A stretch of DNA of 34,601 nucleotides, taken from positions 1-34,601 of the forward strand of contig CAZTHD010000001.1 in the NCBI GenBank assembly GCA_964613315.1, in the 5' to 3' direction. The notes below the pieces were generated by a model. It saw nothing but the letters and a program-made list of their open reading frames with translations, was not told the DNA's origin and made no database searches. Source of the DNA: an uncultured Oscillospiraceae bacterium. GTDB taxonomy: Bacteria > Bacillota > Clostridia > Peptostreptococcales > Anaerovoracaceae. Positions 25,125-33,921 of the stretch are shown here, in pieces (the first letter of the stretch is position 1; every line of letters starts with the position of its first letter). A program made the translations under genes and the position numbers.

Positions 25125-25517
25125 ATGTCAAAAAAGAAAAAGAGATCTTCAAAATGGAATATGCCTAAGAATGCAGGAGAGTATTTCAGTCCGGGATACA
25201 ACGCAAAATTTATGAAGGAGCACCGCTTCCTTACAGTGCTCGTCGTTATCGTGGATCTCATTGTAGTCTTAGTTCCTATGGGCGGATATATTTTTCTTGT
25301 AGGAAAGGTCATTGGTTTTGAGACTCGTATGAACTTGCTTGAAGTGTTGATCTTCAGCATAGGTCTAATAGGTTCAGCAGGTATAGTGATTGCCGTAGCC
25401 AATGTCTGGATGTCTGTATTGGATCAATATCTCGGTCATAAGGTCACGATATATTCTTTGCTTTTCGGGATCGTTGTTTCCGGAGCATCTCTATGGCTTT
25501 TAGCTCTTGTTCATTAA
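25125..25517 (+). CDS. Small membrane protein
   Basis: 130 aa from the ATG at 25125, after the upstream stop. Basic N-terminus MSKKKKRSSKW, then 3-4 hydrophobic helices. Confidence 0.5.
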   Translation: MSKKKKRSSKWNMPKNAGEYFSPGYNAKFMKEHRFLTVLVVIVDLIVVLVPMGGYIFLVGKVIGFETRMNLLEVLIFSIGLIGSAGIVIAVANVWMSVLDQYLGHKVTIYSLLFGIVVSGASLWLLALVH

Positions 25518-25549
25518 ACTCAATGTAAAAAAGACTCTTTTAAATGAGT

Positions 25550-25724
25550 AATAAGGTATGAGATGGTACATTTACACCAGTACACCAAAAATTACACCAT
25601 TTTTGCAGTGAGATATAGTGACTTACAGTGAGATATAGTGGGTAAGTAATAGTGAAACGCCTTGAAATAGTTAGATATAGTGACTTATAGTGAGTTACAG
25701 CGACTAAGTCCTCCTATTCCCCAC
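25550..25724. repeat. Direct repeat copy 1 (att-like), containing TACACCA x3 and AGTGAGATATAGTG x3 sub-repeats
   Basis: Core 25580-25724 matches 32552-32696 at 139/145 positions with no indels (hand alignment). Weaker similarity extends ~30 nt further left. Confidence 0.85.
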
Positions 25725-25740
25725 CTGTCGCCCGTTATGA

Positions 25741-25840
25741 TCATAGGTCTTCACAAGCCTTCATAAGTCTTCACGGCAAAACCATAAAGCCAGAATTAAG
25801 GTTTTTTCCTTCATATCTTTTCATAACTCTTCATAAGTCT
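25741..25840. repeat. Two clusters of helically phased 10-bp tandem repeats (consensus TCAYAAGYCT)
   Basis: tcataggtct|tcacaagcct|tcataagtct|tcac.. at 25741-25774 and tcatatcttt|tcataactct|tcataagtct at 25811-25840. Confidence 0.7.
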
Positions 25841-25870
25841 GTATAAATTGATATGAAAAACAGAATATAG

Positions 25871-25918
25871 CTGACCCTCAATACTAGACGAAGAACTGGC
25901 ACAGAGGGTCAGTTTTTT
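25871..25918 (+). terminator. Hairpin plus T-run upstream of xis
   Basis: ctgaccctc (25871-25879) / gagggtcag (25904-25912) followed by tttttt. The 24-nt loop is long. Confidence 0.5.
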
Positions 25919-26015
25919 ATCGCATAAAGTACCATAACAGTGCATTTTTGACATCCATCGGTTAGATTCATGTTGTTTTATATATCTCGTGTATTTGTGA
26001 AAGGAAAGAAACGAC

Positions 26016-26213
26016 ATGAAAAAGGAAGTACCGATTTGGGAGCGAACTGCTTTGACGCTGGAAGAGGCATCTGCATACTCAGGAATAGGGATTGCAAAAC
26101 TCCGGTCCATTTCGGAATCAGAAAACTGTCCGTTCGTACTGTGGAACGGTGGTAAAAGGCTCATCAAAAGAAGATTGCTGGATGAGTATCTTGAGAAGTC
26201 TTACAGTATTTGA
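26016..26213 (+). CDS. xis: Tn916-type excisionase (second copy)
   Basis: VPIWERTALTLEEASAYSGIGIAKLRSI...LIKRRLLDEYL is a paralog of the 10452 ORF. Confidence 0.8.
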   Translation: MKKEVPIWERTALTLEEASAYSGIGIAKLRSISESENCPFVLWNGGKRLIKRRLLDEYLEKSYSI

Positions 26214-26226
26214 GGAGGTTTTGAAA

Positions 26227-27447
26227 ATGAGAAGAAAAGACGAATACGGACGCATCTTAAAGAAAGGAGAGACACAGCTTGAGGATGGTTCTTATGAATT
26301 CCGGATCACTGTTGGTGAAAGGCGATACAGCATCTGTTGTCCTTCTTTAGATGAACTTAGATTAGAGGAAACAGCGCTTATTGATTCAAAAAATACCGGC
26401 AAGGTTTGTCTTAGTATGATGAAAACAGTCAATGACGCATATTATGAATGGCTGAAGCGCAAAGTCAATCTCAAAGGAAATACAATGATCAATTACAGGT
26501 ATTCATATGAGTATTATGTTAAAAACTCCGGTATCGGCAGAATGCTTCTTAAAGATGTAAAGAGGGCGGATATCAAAAAGTTCTACAACCGTCTTGCAGA
26601 TCAGCGAAGGCTTAAAGCATCCACCATAGATTCTATTCATACGGTGCTGCATCAAGTCTTTGATATTGCTGTTGATGAGGGAGTGATTATGAACAATCCT
26701 TCAGACAAGGCGATTTACGAACTCAGGAGATCACACTGCTACGACGGTGAGAAGAGAAAGGCTCTTACAAGAGAAGAGCAGCAACTGTTGCTTGATTTCA
26801 TACAAGGCCACGACATCTATTCCCGTTGGTATAACGTAATCTATATTCTTTTGAACACCGGAATGCGTATAGGAGAAGCTTGTGGACTTACATGGGATGA
26901 TATAGACTTTGATAAAGAGCTGATATACATTAATCGAACGCTGGTCTACTATTCCAAGGGTGGCACCTCCACCTATAGCATAAGTACTCCGAAAACGGAA
27001 GCAGGGAAACGTGTTATACCGATGTTTTGTGACGTAAAAGAGGTCCTTCTTGAATTAAAACTGTATCAGGAAGATAACGAACTACAATGCAGCAGTATTG
27101 TGGATGGTATCAGTGGCTTTATATTAATGAATCGAGAATGCAGGGTGTTGAATTTCAGCAGTATCAATAAAGCGATCAAAAGGATCATCAGAGATTGTAA
27201 CGATGAGATACTGCTTAAGGAAGAACTTACGGAAGATACGGTGCTTCTTCCGATGTTCAGCTGTCATTCCCTGAGGCATTCCTTTGCAACTAATATGGTC
27301 GAATCCGGAGTGGACATCAAAACTTGCCAGAGCATACTCGGACATTGCGATATATCCACTACTTATAACATATATGTTGATGTTACCAAGGCAATGCTGG
27401 ATAAGTCCGTGCAGGAGTATAATGCCATGCTGACAAAGTGTAATTGA
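26227..27447 (+). CDS. int: Tyrosine recombinase/integrase, Tn916 family (second copy)
   Basis: ATG at 26227 with RBS GAGGAGG. TGMRIGEACGLTWDDID, HSLRHSFATNMVESG, LGHCDISTTYNIYVD. Long collinear similarity to the 10784 integrase. Confidence 0.9.
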   Translation: MRRKDEYGRILKKGETQLEDGSYEFRITVGERRYSICCPSLDELRLEETALIDSKNTGKVCLSMMKTVNDAYYEWLKRKVNLKGNTMINYRYSYEYYVKNSGIGRMLLKDVKRADIKKFYNRLADQRRLKASTIDSIHTVLHQVFDIAVDEGVIMNNPSDKAIYELRRSHCYDGEKRKALTREEQQLLLDFIQGHDIYSRWYNVIYILLNTGMRIGEACGLTWDDIDFDKELIYINRTLVYYSKGGTSTYSISTPKTEAGKRVIPMFCDVKEVLLELKLYQEDNELQCSSIVDGISGFILMNRECRVLNFSSINKAIKRIIRDCNDEILLKEELTEDTVLLPMFSCHSLRHSFATNMVESGVDIKTCQSILGHCDISTTYNIYVDVTKAMLDKSVQEYNAMLTKCN

Positions 27448-27513
27448 ACAAGCAAGTCTGAACTAGCCGGCTCAGCATATTGATTATTATAATAAAAGTT
27501 ATATTCGGAAAAA

Positions 27514-27554
27514 GGGGCTGAATTACTGATTGCTGCAGCATTCAACCCCTTTTT
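27514..27554 (+). terminator. Rho-independent terminator after int
   Basis: ggggctgaat / attcaacccc stem (one mismatch) with inner palindrome tgctgcagca, then ttttt. Confidence 0.7.
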
Positions 27555-27726
27555 GAATCTTTAAGTATAGGTGTTCGTTAAGCGTTTTGCTTTTTGAGAC
27601 AAGCACTATATAGATCAATAGAGACGCTATAAGGACAATTCCATATTTCAGCATCTCATTGAAATTCAGAGTACCGAAACGGATTCCCTTAAAAACCTTT
27701 CGGCAGCACAGCAGGAAAACGAATAA

Positions 27727-28368
27727 TCAAAATGTAAATCCTGTTACGTCCACATCTTTTAACATTTCTTTAGCCTTTTTGAATGCTTTATCTATATCTT
27801 CTTCAGGCACTCCTATATATACAGGCAATATGCTCTCGATAAAATACAGAAAAACGTCGTCTTCATACATTTCACTTTTAAAGCGTTTGATGATCTCTAC
27901 TTCAGAAGCCGTTTCCATAGACGCGTAGTATTCTTTCGGATATCTTTTTTTCAGTTTATATTGGGCAAATATAGCTTCATAAGAATCCCATATACCTGGA
28001 ATAGTCAGGAATACATTATGCAGAAAATCGGAAGTCACAGCTTCCAAATAGAACCTGAATACTTTGGGATTGCGCGCAAGAATCTTGTAATGCAGTCTGT
28101 TCTTAAGAGCATAATAGCATATGGAATCGATATTCTTTCCTGAAATGATTTTGCTGAGTATATTATCTTCCTCAATGAAAAAGTCCACTAAAATCTGCTC
28201 TGCAAGCGATTGTTTGCCTGAAAAATAATAGGTGACAAGATTGTGGTTGATTCCGAGTTCTTCACCTATCTTCCTGAAGGTGGTTGCCTCGTATCCTGTT
28301 TCAAAAAACAGCTTTTTTGCAGTCCGCAGAATGGCTTCTTTTGTTTCTATTCCTTTTTTATATGCCAT
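27727..28368 (-). CDS. TetR/AcrR-family transcriptional regulator
   Basis: KEAILRTAKKLFFETGYEATTFRKIGEELGINHNLVTYYFSGKQSL is the TetR N-terminal HTH. I prefer the start at MAYKKG (28368) over the track start 28446. Confidence 0.8.
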   Translation of the reverse strand: MAYKKGIETKEAILRTAKKLFFETGYEATTFRKIGEELGINHNLVTYYFSGKQSLAEQILVDFFIEEDNILSKIISGKNIDSICYYALKNRLHYKILARNPKVFRFYLEAVTSDFLHNVFLTIPGIWDSYEAIFAQYKLKKRYPKEYYASMETASEVEIIKRFKSEMYEDDVFLYFIESILPVYIGVPEEDIDKAFKKAKEMLKDVDVTGFTF

Positions 28369-28548
28369 ATCGTCATAGTCCTTTTCTTTCTGGTTCGGTA
28401 TACCAGTGTATAAACAAGTATATGATAAACCAAAGATTTTGTACACACATAAAATAATATATTGACAGTATGTATCATATCATATAAACTATACACGCAC
28501 AATATTATGCATGTATAAAATATACAAAACAACATAGAGGAATTATTC

Positions 28549-29706
28549 ATGGGATTAAAGGAAGAGAAAAGAGAGTTGCTTAAGGACGTTATGACTCGCG
28601 GTAAGAAAGTACCGCGCGTGCCTTTGTATCTCAATCTCCAGGGATGGATAGTATATCACGGTGCGGGATACGGTTATGAGGAGTCTGTATACAGCAGTGA
28701 AAAACTGCTTGGTGCCTATGAAATGGCATTTTCCGAATATCCTGCAGATCTGTATTACGATACTGGCGGATATGCTTTCATGGGATTTTCAAGGCTGCTT
28801 GGATCCGAGGACTATTATCTCAACGAGGAAAAGTACAGCATGAACTTCAAGGACATCTGCTATCTTACGGAAGACGATCAGCTCAGAATGCTTGCGGATG
28901 ATCCCAAGAACTTCCTTTGGAATCATTTCTACGTAAATAAATTTAAAAATCTCAATCCTGAAAATGCGGAAAAAATCATCGGCACATATCTGGAGGCTTC
29001 CGGCAGACATTTCGAAATGGTTGGGAAAACGAAGGAAAGGGTAGAGTCTGAAAAAGGATGTCTGTTCCTTTCAGACGTACCCATGTACCAGCCGGCATTC
29101 GATTACCTGTTCCAGTACATAATAGGGATGAAAGGGATCTCCATGGCAATGAGAAGGAAGGGCGATCTTCTGATTTCGGCGCTCGACGGTTTCGAAGACC
29201 TCTTCGGCAGATATATGGACGAAATAACGCCTCCGCTTTCTGCTGATATGCCTTTCCAAAATCAGATATGTCTTCTCGGACAGACCATAACAAATCCCAG
29301 GCAATTCGAGCCGTTCATCTGGAATTACATGAAAAAGCGCATAGGGAAAATGGCTCGGCAGGGCAACTTCTACTTTATGGTTGAAGGAGCCGGCGGAGCG
29401 CTTCTTGACAGTCTTGAGGATATCCCTGAAGGCGTGTGCGCTCTCCATATAGAAAAAGACGATATAAAAGATCTGGTTTCAAGATTTGATGACAGATTCA
29501 CCTATGTCGGGGGCATGCCCGTGTCCCTCCTTGGTGGCGGATCCGAAGAAGAGTGCTGCAGCTTCGCAAGAAAGCTTATGGACGATTACGGTGCTGCCGG
29601 AAACTATATATTCAGCACAGACAAAGGAATAGTATTTGAGACCGATGCAAAACCGGAGAATCTCAGAGCCCTGTGCAGGACCGTTGCTGAATACAGACAG
29701 AACTGA
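28549..29706 (+). CDS. Uroporphyrinogen-decarboxylase (URO-D)-like family protein (tentative)
   Basis: 385 aa. N-terminal RELLKDVMTRGKKVPRVPLY and overall size resemble URO-D/MtaA-like proteins often found next to TetR and MFS genes. Recognised by resemblance only. Confidence 0.35.
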   Translation: MGLKEEKRELLKDVMTRGKKVPRVPLYLNLQGWIVYHGAGYGYEESVYSSEKLLGAYEMAFSEYPADLYYDTGGYAFMGFSRLLGSEDYYLNEEKYSMNFKDICYLTEDDQLRMLADDPKNFLWNHFYVNKFKNLNPENAEKIIGTYLEASGRHFEMVGKTKERVESEKGCLFLSDVPMYQPAFDYLFQYIIGMKGISMAMRRKGDLLISALDGFEDLFGRYMDEITPPLSADMPFQNQICLLGQTITNPRQFEPFIWNYMKKRIGKMARQGNFYFMVEGAGGALLDSLEDIPEGVCALHIEKDDIKDLVSRFDDRFTYVGGMPVSLLGGGSEEECCSFARKLMDDYGAAGNYIFSTDKGIVFETDAKPENLRALCRTVAEYRQN

Positions 29707-29915
29707 TTTTGTGAATCTATTGACATTGAGGTATACATCCATGGAATCAAAAGAAAAAAAGCCGCTCTATCCTCAGCGGCTTAAAGAGATATTGAAAGCG
29801 GAAGGCGTTCCGGAGAGAGAAATAGACGGGACCGTCGATCTGCTCACGTTTTCGCTCATAGCACATTTGTAGTGTTTTGAATAAAGGTAGATGTTTTTAC
29901 GAAAGGAGTAAGGAA

Positions 29916-31157
29916 ATGTATAAATCAAAAAGGAATCTTGTCCTTGTGTTCGTTAGTTTCTGCGTTGGAATGCTTTTCTTCATTCCATATATCAGATTCT
30001 CATTTTATGACCAGACCCTGAGCGTTTTCGGTATCAACCACACTCAGATGGGTCTTCTTGGAAGCGTGTACGGAGCCGTTGCCATTGCGGGTTACTTCGT
30101 ATCCGGTCTTCTGGCAAATCGTTTTGAGCCTAAACGTCTGATCGCTCTTTCATGTTTTGCGACAGGCGGCATCACTGTATGGCTTGCTCTTATTCCGTCG
30201 TTTACGCAGATGGTCGTCATTTACGTTCTGTATTCGATTTTCACCATCGCCACCCTCTGGTCTCCTTACCTTGTAATTATCAGAGAGCTTGGAGGGGATG
30301 AAGAGCAGGGAAGACTCTTCGGTCTGAGCGATTCAATGAGAAACGTTTTCAGCACTATTGCCGGTTTTGCATTCGTTTACATTTTCAGCCTCTTCGCAAA
30401 TGAAGTATCCGGATACCAGGGTATGCTTTACGTATCCGTTGGTCTTTATGCGCTTTTCGGTATCCTGTCTCTTGTGATCATACCGAAGGTTCATTCAGGG
30501 AAAAATACAGATGAAAAAACTGTATCCGTAAATGCGGAAGAAAAAGTGTCTCTCAAAGAGACTTTCAAGATTCCCGGAGTATGGATCATGGGAATATTCA
30601 TTTTTGCATGCTACAGCGCCATCATCACACAGACTAATTATCTCGGAACTTTTACAACTATAGTCCTCGGTTTCGACGAAAGCGTATCAAGCGCTCTTGC
30701 AGTGACCAGAAACTACCTTATCCCGATTTTCGCAGGCATTGTAGGAGGATTCCTCGTTGATAAGGCAAAGTCACGTATACGCGCCTTTATCGTGCTTCTT
30801 GCTCTTATGGCTGCCGTATGTGTAGCTATCCTCTTTACAAGAGAAACACCGGCAGTGTGCAATATACTCACCATGTGTCTTTCCGCAGTCGCTATGATGA
30901 TACTTGCTACGTACTGGTCCATAATGCCCGATTGCGGCATTCCTGAAAGGAACACTGCAGTCGCTACGGGTATAGTCTCCTGCATCTGCTACCTCCCCGA
31001 TGCGTTTATAACCATCATAATAGGAAGATGGATAGATGCAGATCTTTCCGGCGGCTTTACAAAAATGTTCATTTGGATGATAGTATGGGTAGCAGTTGCA
31101 GTCGCAGTCGCTGCCGTGATGCTCGTAAAGAACGCAAAGGCAAAGAAGCAGGCTTAG
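29916..31157 (+). CDS. MFS transporter
   Basis: About 12 hydrophobic helices and loop motif SGLLANRFEPKRLIAL (MFS G-x-L-a-D/N-R-x-G-r-r type). ATG at 29916 with RBS AAAGGAG. Confidence 0.75.
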   Translation: MYKSKRNLVLVFVSFCVGMLFFIPYIRFSFYDQTLSVFGINHTQMGLLGSVYGAVAIAGYFVSGLLANRFEPKRLIALSCFATGGITVWLALIPSFTQMVVIYVLYSIFTIATLWSPYLVIIRELGGDEEQGRLFGLSDSMRNVFSTIAGFAFVYIFSLFANEVSGYQGMLYVSVGLYALFGILSLVIIPKVHSGKNTDEKTVSVNAEEKVSLKETFKIPGVWIMGIFIFACYSAIITQTNYLGTFTTIVLGFDESVSSALAVTRNYLIPIFAGIVGGFLVDKAKSRIRAFIVLLALMAAVCVAILFTRETPAVCNILTMCLSAVAMMILATYWSIMPDCGIPERNTAVATGIVSCICYLPDAFITIIIGRWIDADLSGGFTKMFIWMIVWVAVAVAVAAVMLVKNAKAKKQA

Positions 31158-31176
31158 GATTTCAAAGGTCACTGCC

Positions 31177-32373
31177 ATGAAAAAGATTAAAGGATTATTG
31201 ACAAAAATCGCGCTTATCTCTTGCGGATACGGAATATTCTCAGATTCTGTGATAGTGCCCGTATTCTCAAAGATATGCGCTGAATATCCCGAGGCAGGCG
31301 TCGGCATAACAGGATTCGTTTTGACCGGCGGATATATTTTCAGTCTGCTGGCTTCCCTTTTGACAGGCTATTTACTCAAAAAAGTCTCGGCAAGGAAAAT
31401 GCTCCTTGCCGGGACTATCCTATTTACTGCAGGAGGAGTAGGGGCGTATTTCACGAACTCTATGGAATTTCTGGCTTTTTGCAGGATCTTGGACGGACTG
31501 TCCGACGGGATACTGGCGGTGGCAGCGCTTTCCGTAATAACGGCTCTTTACGAAGGACAGGTAAGGGTAAGGATGGTAGGCATGTATTCAGCCGTGAGCG
31601 CAGCATTCGGTGTACTGCTTTCATTCTTTTCGGGGATCATCGGTGAAACGGCAGCGGATTGGAGATATTGTTTCCTCCTGAATCTCATATCAGCCGTATC
31701 CATTATCCTTGTATTCATATCTGTGCCCGGCAACGTCAAAGAAGATAAAAGCGGGGACGCTGTTGACGTAAAGGGAGGAAAGAAGAATTCTTTTGCTGCA
31801 GCCTTCAGCTTTAAAGGAGCCTGGTCCATATACATAGAGTTTTTCATTTCAAGCGCTCTTTACTGTATACTGTTCGTCTTTGTGGATATCTACGTGCAGG
31901 AAAAAGCTCTTGGCAGCAGTGTCCTTTCCGGGACCATTTCGTCTCTCGGATCCATACTCACTTTCGTTACAGGAGTGATATTTACAGTGATATATGCAAA
32001 GGTAAAAGGCTTTGCCAGGTTCCTTTGCTTCCTTGGACTCGGACTTTCTTTCATTGGGCTCAGGATCGCAACACAAAGCGCGGGAGCGGTTCTTTTCTAT
32101 GCCTTTGCAACCGTGTTCTATTCTTTCCTTAATCCGTATTATCAGATGGAGATCGGTCTGGCTGCACCGGAAGAAGTAAGGGAGCAGTCGATAGGAGTAC
32201 TGAACGGATGGTATAACATCGCGTGTTTCGTATCTGCATATATTCCTACCGCTGTTATGCTGCTTCTGAAAACTGATAAGGTTTATCTCACTTTCTCACC
32301 GCTTGGCATCATGCTTTTGGTGATAGCAGTTTTGATACTGCTTTTCCCAAAAGAAAGGAAAAGGGAAGCATAG
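31177..32373 (+). CDS. MFS transporter (second)
   Basis: About 12 hydrophobic helices and loop TGYLLKKVSARKMLLAG. Starts 19 nt after the previous stop. Confidence 0.7.
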   Translation: MKKIKGLLTKIALISCGYGIFSDSVIVPVFSKICAEYPEAGVGITGFVLTGGYIFSLLASLLTGYLLKKVSARKMLLAGTILFTAGGVGAYFTNSMEFLAFCRILDGLSDGILAVAALSVITALYEGQVRVRMVGMYSAVSAAFGVLLSFFSGIIGETAADWRYCFLLNLISAVSIILVFISVPGNVKEDKSGDAVDVKGGKKNSFAAAFSFKGAWSIYIEFFISSALYCILFVFVDIYVQEKALGSSVLSGTISSLGSILTFVTGVIFTVIYAKVKGFARFLCFLGLGLSFIGLRIATQSAGAVLFYAFATVFYSFLNPYYQMEIGLAAPEEVREQSIGVLNGWYNIACFVSAYIPTAVMLLLKTDKVYLTFSPLGIMLLVIAVLILLFPKERKREA

Positions 32374-32519
32374 ACTTAGCTGTGAATGGAACCATCAACA
32401 ATACGTGACATGATGGTGCATTTAAATCATTACCATTACTCATTAACGTTTCTCAATTAACATTGAGAAACTGAAAAAAAGAAAAATACAAGAGATTGAA
32501 AGATATATGCAATCTTTAG

Positions 32520-32696
32520 ATAATAAGAAATGATATAGCTTTGTACACCATGTACACCAAAACCTACACCATTTTTGCAGTGAGATATAGTGACTTATAG
32601 TGAGATATAGTGGGTGAGTAATAGTGAAACACCTTGAAATAGTGAGATATAGTGACTTATAGTGAGTTACAGCGACTAAGTCCTCCTATTCCCCAC
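32520..32696. repeat. Direct repeat copy 2 (att-like)
   Basis: See copy 1. The right edge of identity is sharp (ccccac|gatgaa versus ccccac|ctgtcg). Confidence 0.85.
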
Positions 32697-32926
32697 GATG
32701 AAACCCTTATAGCCACTTTTTGAAAAAATGGTGTATTGAAAAACGTGGGTTTCCAACCTTAGAGAAATTGCAGTTTTTAGCGAACTATACGACCCTTGAG
32801 AATGCTGAATTTTCAGGGGTTTTGCTTTGTATGGATGACTTCAATAATGTACACCATTTGACAGGGGCGGTTTGCCTAAAAACCGCGACGTCCTTCATTT
32901 TGTGATTTTTGCCGAAATTCGCAAAA

Positions 32927-32954
32927 GTACACCAAACTTACACCATTTTTGCAG
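32927..32954. repeat. Third, partial copy of the left part of the direct repeat
   Basis: gtacaccaaacttacaccatttttgcag matches the first 28 nt of the DR core, then diverges into aaatcgcagaaaat. Confidence 0.6.
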
Positions 32955-32990
32955 AAATCGCAGAAAATGTGAAAAAATCGCACATTTTTG
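32946..32990. repeat. ~45-bp repeat, copy A (contains two AAATCGCA half-sites)
   Basis: ttttgcagaaatcgcagaaaatgtgaaaaaatcgcacatttttg matches 33922-33965 at 40/44 positions (hand alignment). Confidence 0.7.
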
Positions 32991-33137
32991 AGTTGAGCGT
33001 TTTTGAAATATTGGAATCTATTTTGTGTTGCAAAGATTCTTTGCGGTATTATTTCATTGATTGTCAATGTTCTTTGATAGACGCTGATGTACAATAAAGT
33101 TACACTGACCTCACAAATTAAACAAAGGAGCATTTAG

Positions 33138-33896
33138 ATGGAACTGGGAAAGAGGATCGCTGAAATAAGGAAGGAACATAACCTTACACAAGAGGATTTG
33201 GCAGAAATCTGCAGTGTGACACGGCAGACTATATCAAATTGGGAAAACGGAAAAAGTTATCCTGATCTTGAGACCCTTGTGCTTATCAGTGATACATATG
33301 GCGTTTCTCTGGATGCAATGATGAAAGGAGACAGAAAGATGGTCAGTAAAATCACAAAAGAACAGAAACAAGGCAGAAGCAATGCAGTTAAAATCATCAT
33401 TGGAGTTATAATTGTAATTGCGATCGTGTTTGGTGGTATATGCTATGACGAGACACACGAGAGCTATATATCATATGACAAATCCGGTATTACGGTGTCA
33501 GAAAAAGGAGAATTGTTTACGGATAAGAATTATAAACGTTATGTCAGTTACCGTTTCGTAACAGAAACTGTTAACGAGGAAAACCACGAAGTTGTGTTCA
33601 TATATCTTACCGGAAATATTTCTACAAATTACTTCAATCAAAAACATGACAGTAAGACACCATTCGTCGGATATGGAGAAAGTAACGGACAAAGTCTTGG
33701 TGACAATGGTGAGATGCTCAATAATGTCGTGACCGAAGTATACTATTTATCCGATATATACGTGGGTGATCAGGGACTGCATAATTCAAAACATTCGACA
33801 TTGGTCCCTTTAGATGCATCGGAACAGGAAATGAAAGAGATTGTTCAGAAGATGAAATCGGATTCGATACTAATATGGGAAAGGAAGGAAAACTGA
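33138..33896 (+). CDS. XRE-family HTH protein with a transmembrane segment and extracytoplasmic C-terminal domain
   Basis: IAEIRKEHNLTQEDLAEICSVTRQTISNWENGKSYPDLETLVLISDTYGVSLDAMM, then TM segment VKIIIGVIIVIAIVFGGICY. RBS AAAGGAG. Confidence 0.8.
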   Translation: MELGKRIAEIRKEHNLTQEDLAEICSVTRQTISNWENGKSYPDLETLVLISDTYGVSLDAMMKGDRKMVSKITKEQKQGRSNAVKIIIGVIIVIAIVFGGICYDETHESYISYDKSGITVSEKGELFTDKNYKRYVSYRFVTETVNEENHEVVFIYLTGNISTNYFNQKHDSKTPFVGYGESNGQSLGDNGEMLNNVVTEVYYLSDIYVGDQGLHNSKHSTLVPLDASEQEMKEIVQKMKSDSILIWERKEN

Positions 33897-33921
33897 CCGT
33901 ATATTTGCTTAAATCATTCCC

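Larger units (their letters stand above)
25550..32696 (+). mobile_element. Candidate ~7.1-kb integrative (mobilizable) element bracketed by the direct repeats
   Basis: DR1 - repeat-dense arm - xis - int - tetR / URO-D-like / 2 MFS - DR2, with no conjugation genes inside. Caveat: xis-int point inward, not toward the nearer repeat. Confidence 0.5.

Noticed and set aside
25600-25700. Possible CRISPR-like array because AGTGAGATATAGTG recurs
   Set aside because: There are only three short copies, with 6- and 28-nt gaps and no spacer-sized unique segments. The whole block is duplicated at 32.55-32.70 kb, so it behaves as an att/arm-site repeat rather than a CRISPR.
25550-25724. Direct repeat as the 3-prime end of a tRNA/tmRNA gene (the usual integrase target)
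   Set aside because: I could find no cloverleaf, T-loop (GGTTCGAATCC-like) sequence or CCA end in or next to either copy.
26092-26226. N-terminal 45-codon extension of the second integrase in the ORF track
   Set aside because: The extension overlaps the xis coding sequence in another frame. The ATG at 26227 has a GAGGAGG RBS and aligns with the start of the first integrase (MGQKRMAGR... / MRRKDEYGR...).
32448-32471. Perfect 10-bp hairpin gtttctcaat/attgagaaac after the second MFS gene, as a terminator
   Set aside because: On the + strand it is followed by an A-run, not a T-run. On the minus strand there is no upstream gene to terminate, so I left it unassigned.
32720-33133. 61-, 62- and 85-aa ORFs in the 32.7-33.1 kb region, and the 73/80-aa ORFs at 33.88-34.16 kb
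   Set aside because: The shared peptide strings (FAEIAEN..KSHIF, KNVRFF.IFCDFCK) arise from the 45-bp DNA repeat read in arbitrary frames. They have TTG starts or no RBS, so I treat the region as non-coding repeat DNA.
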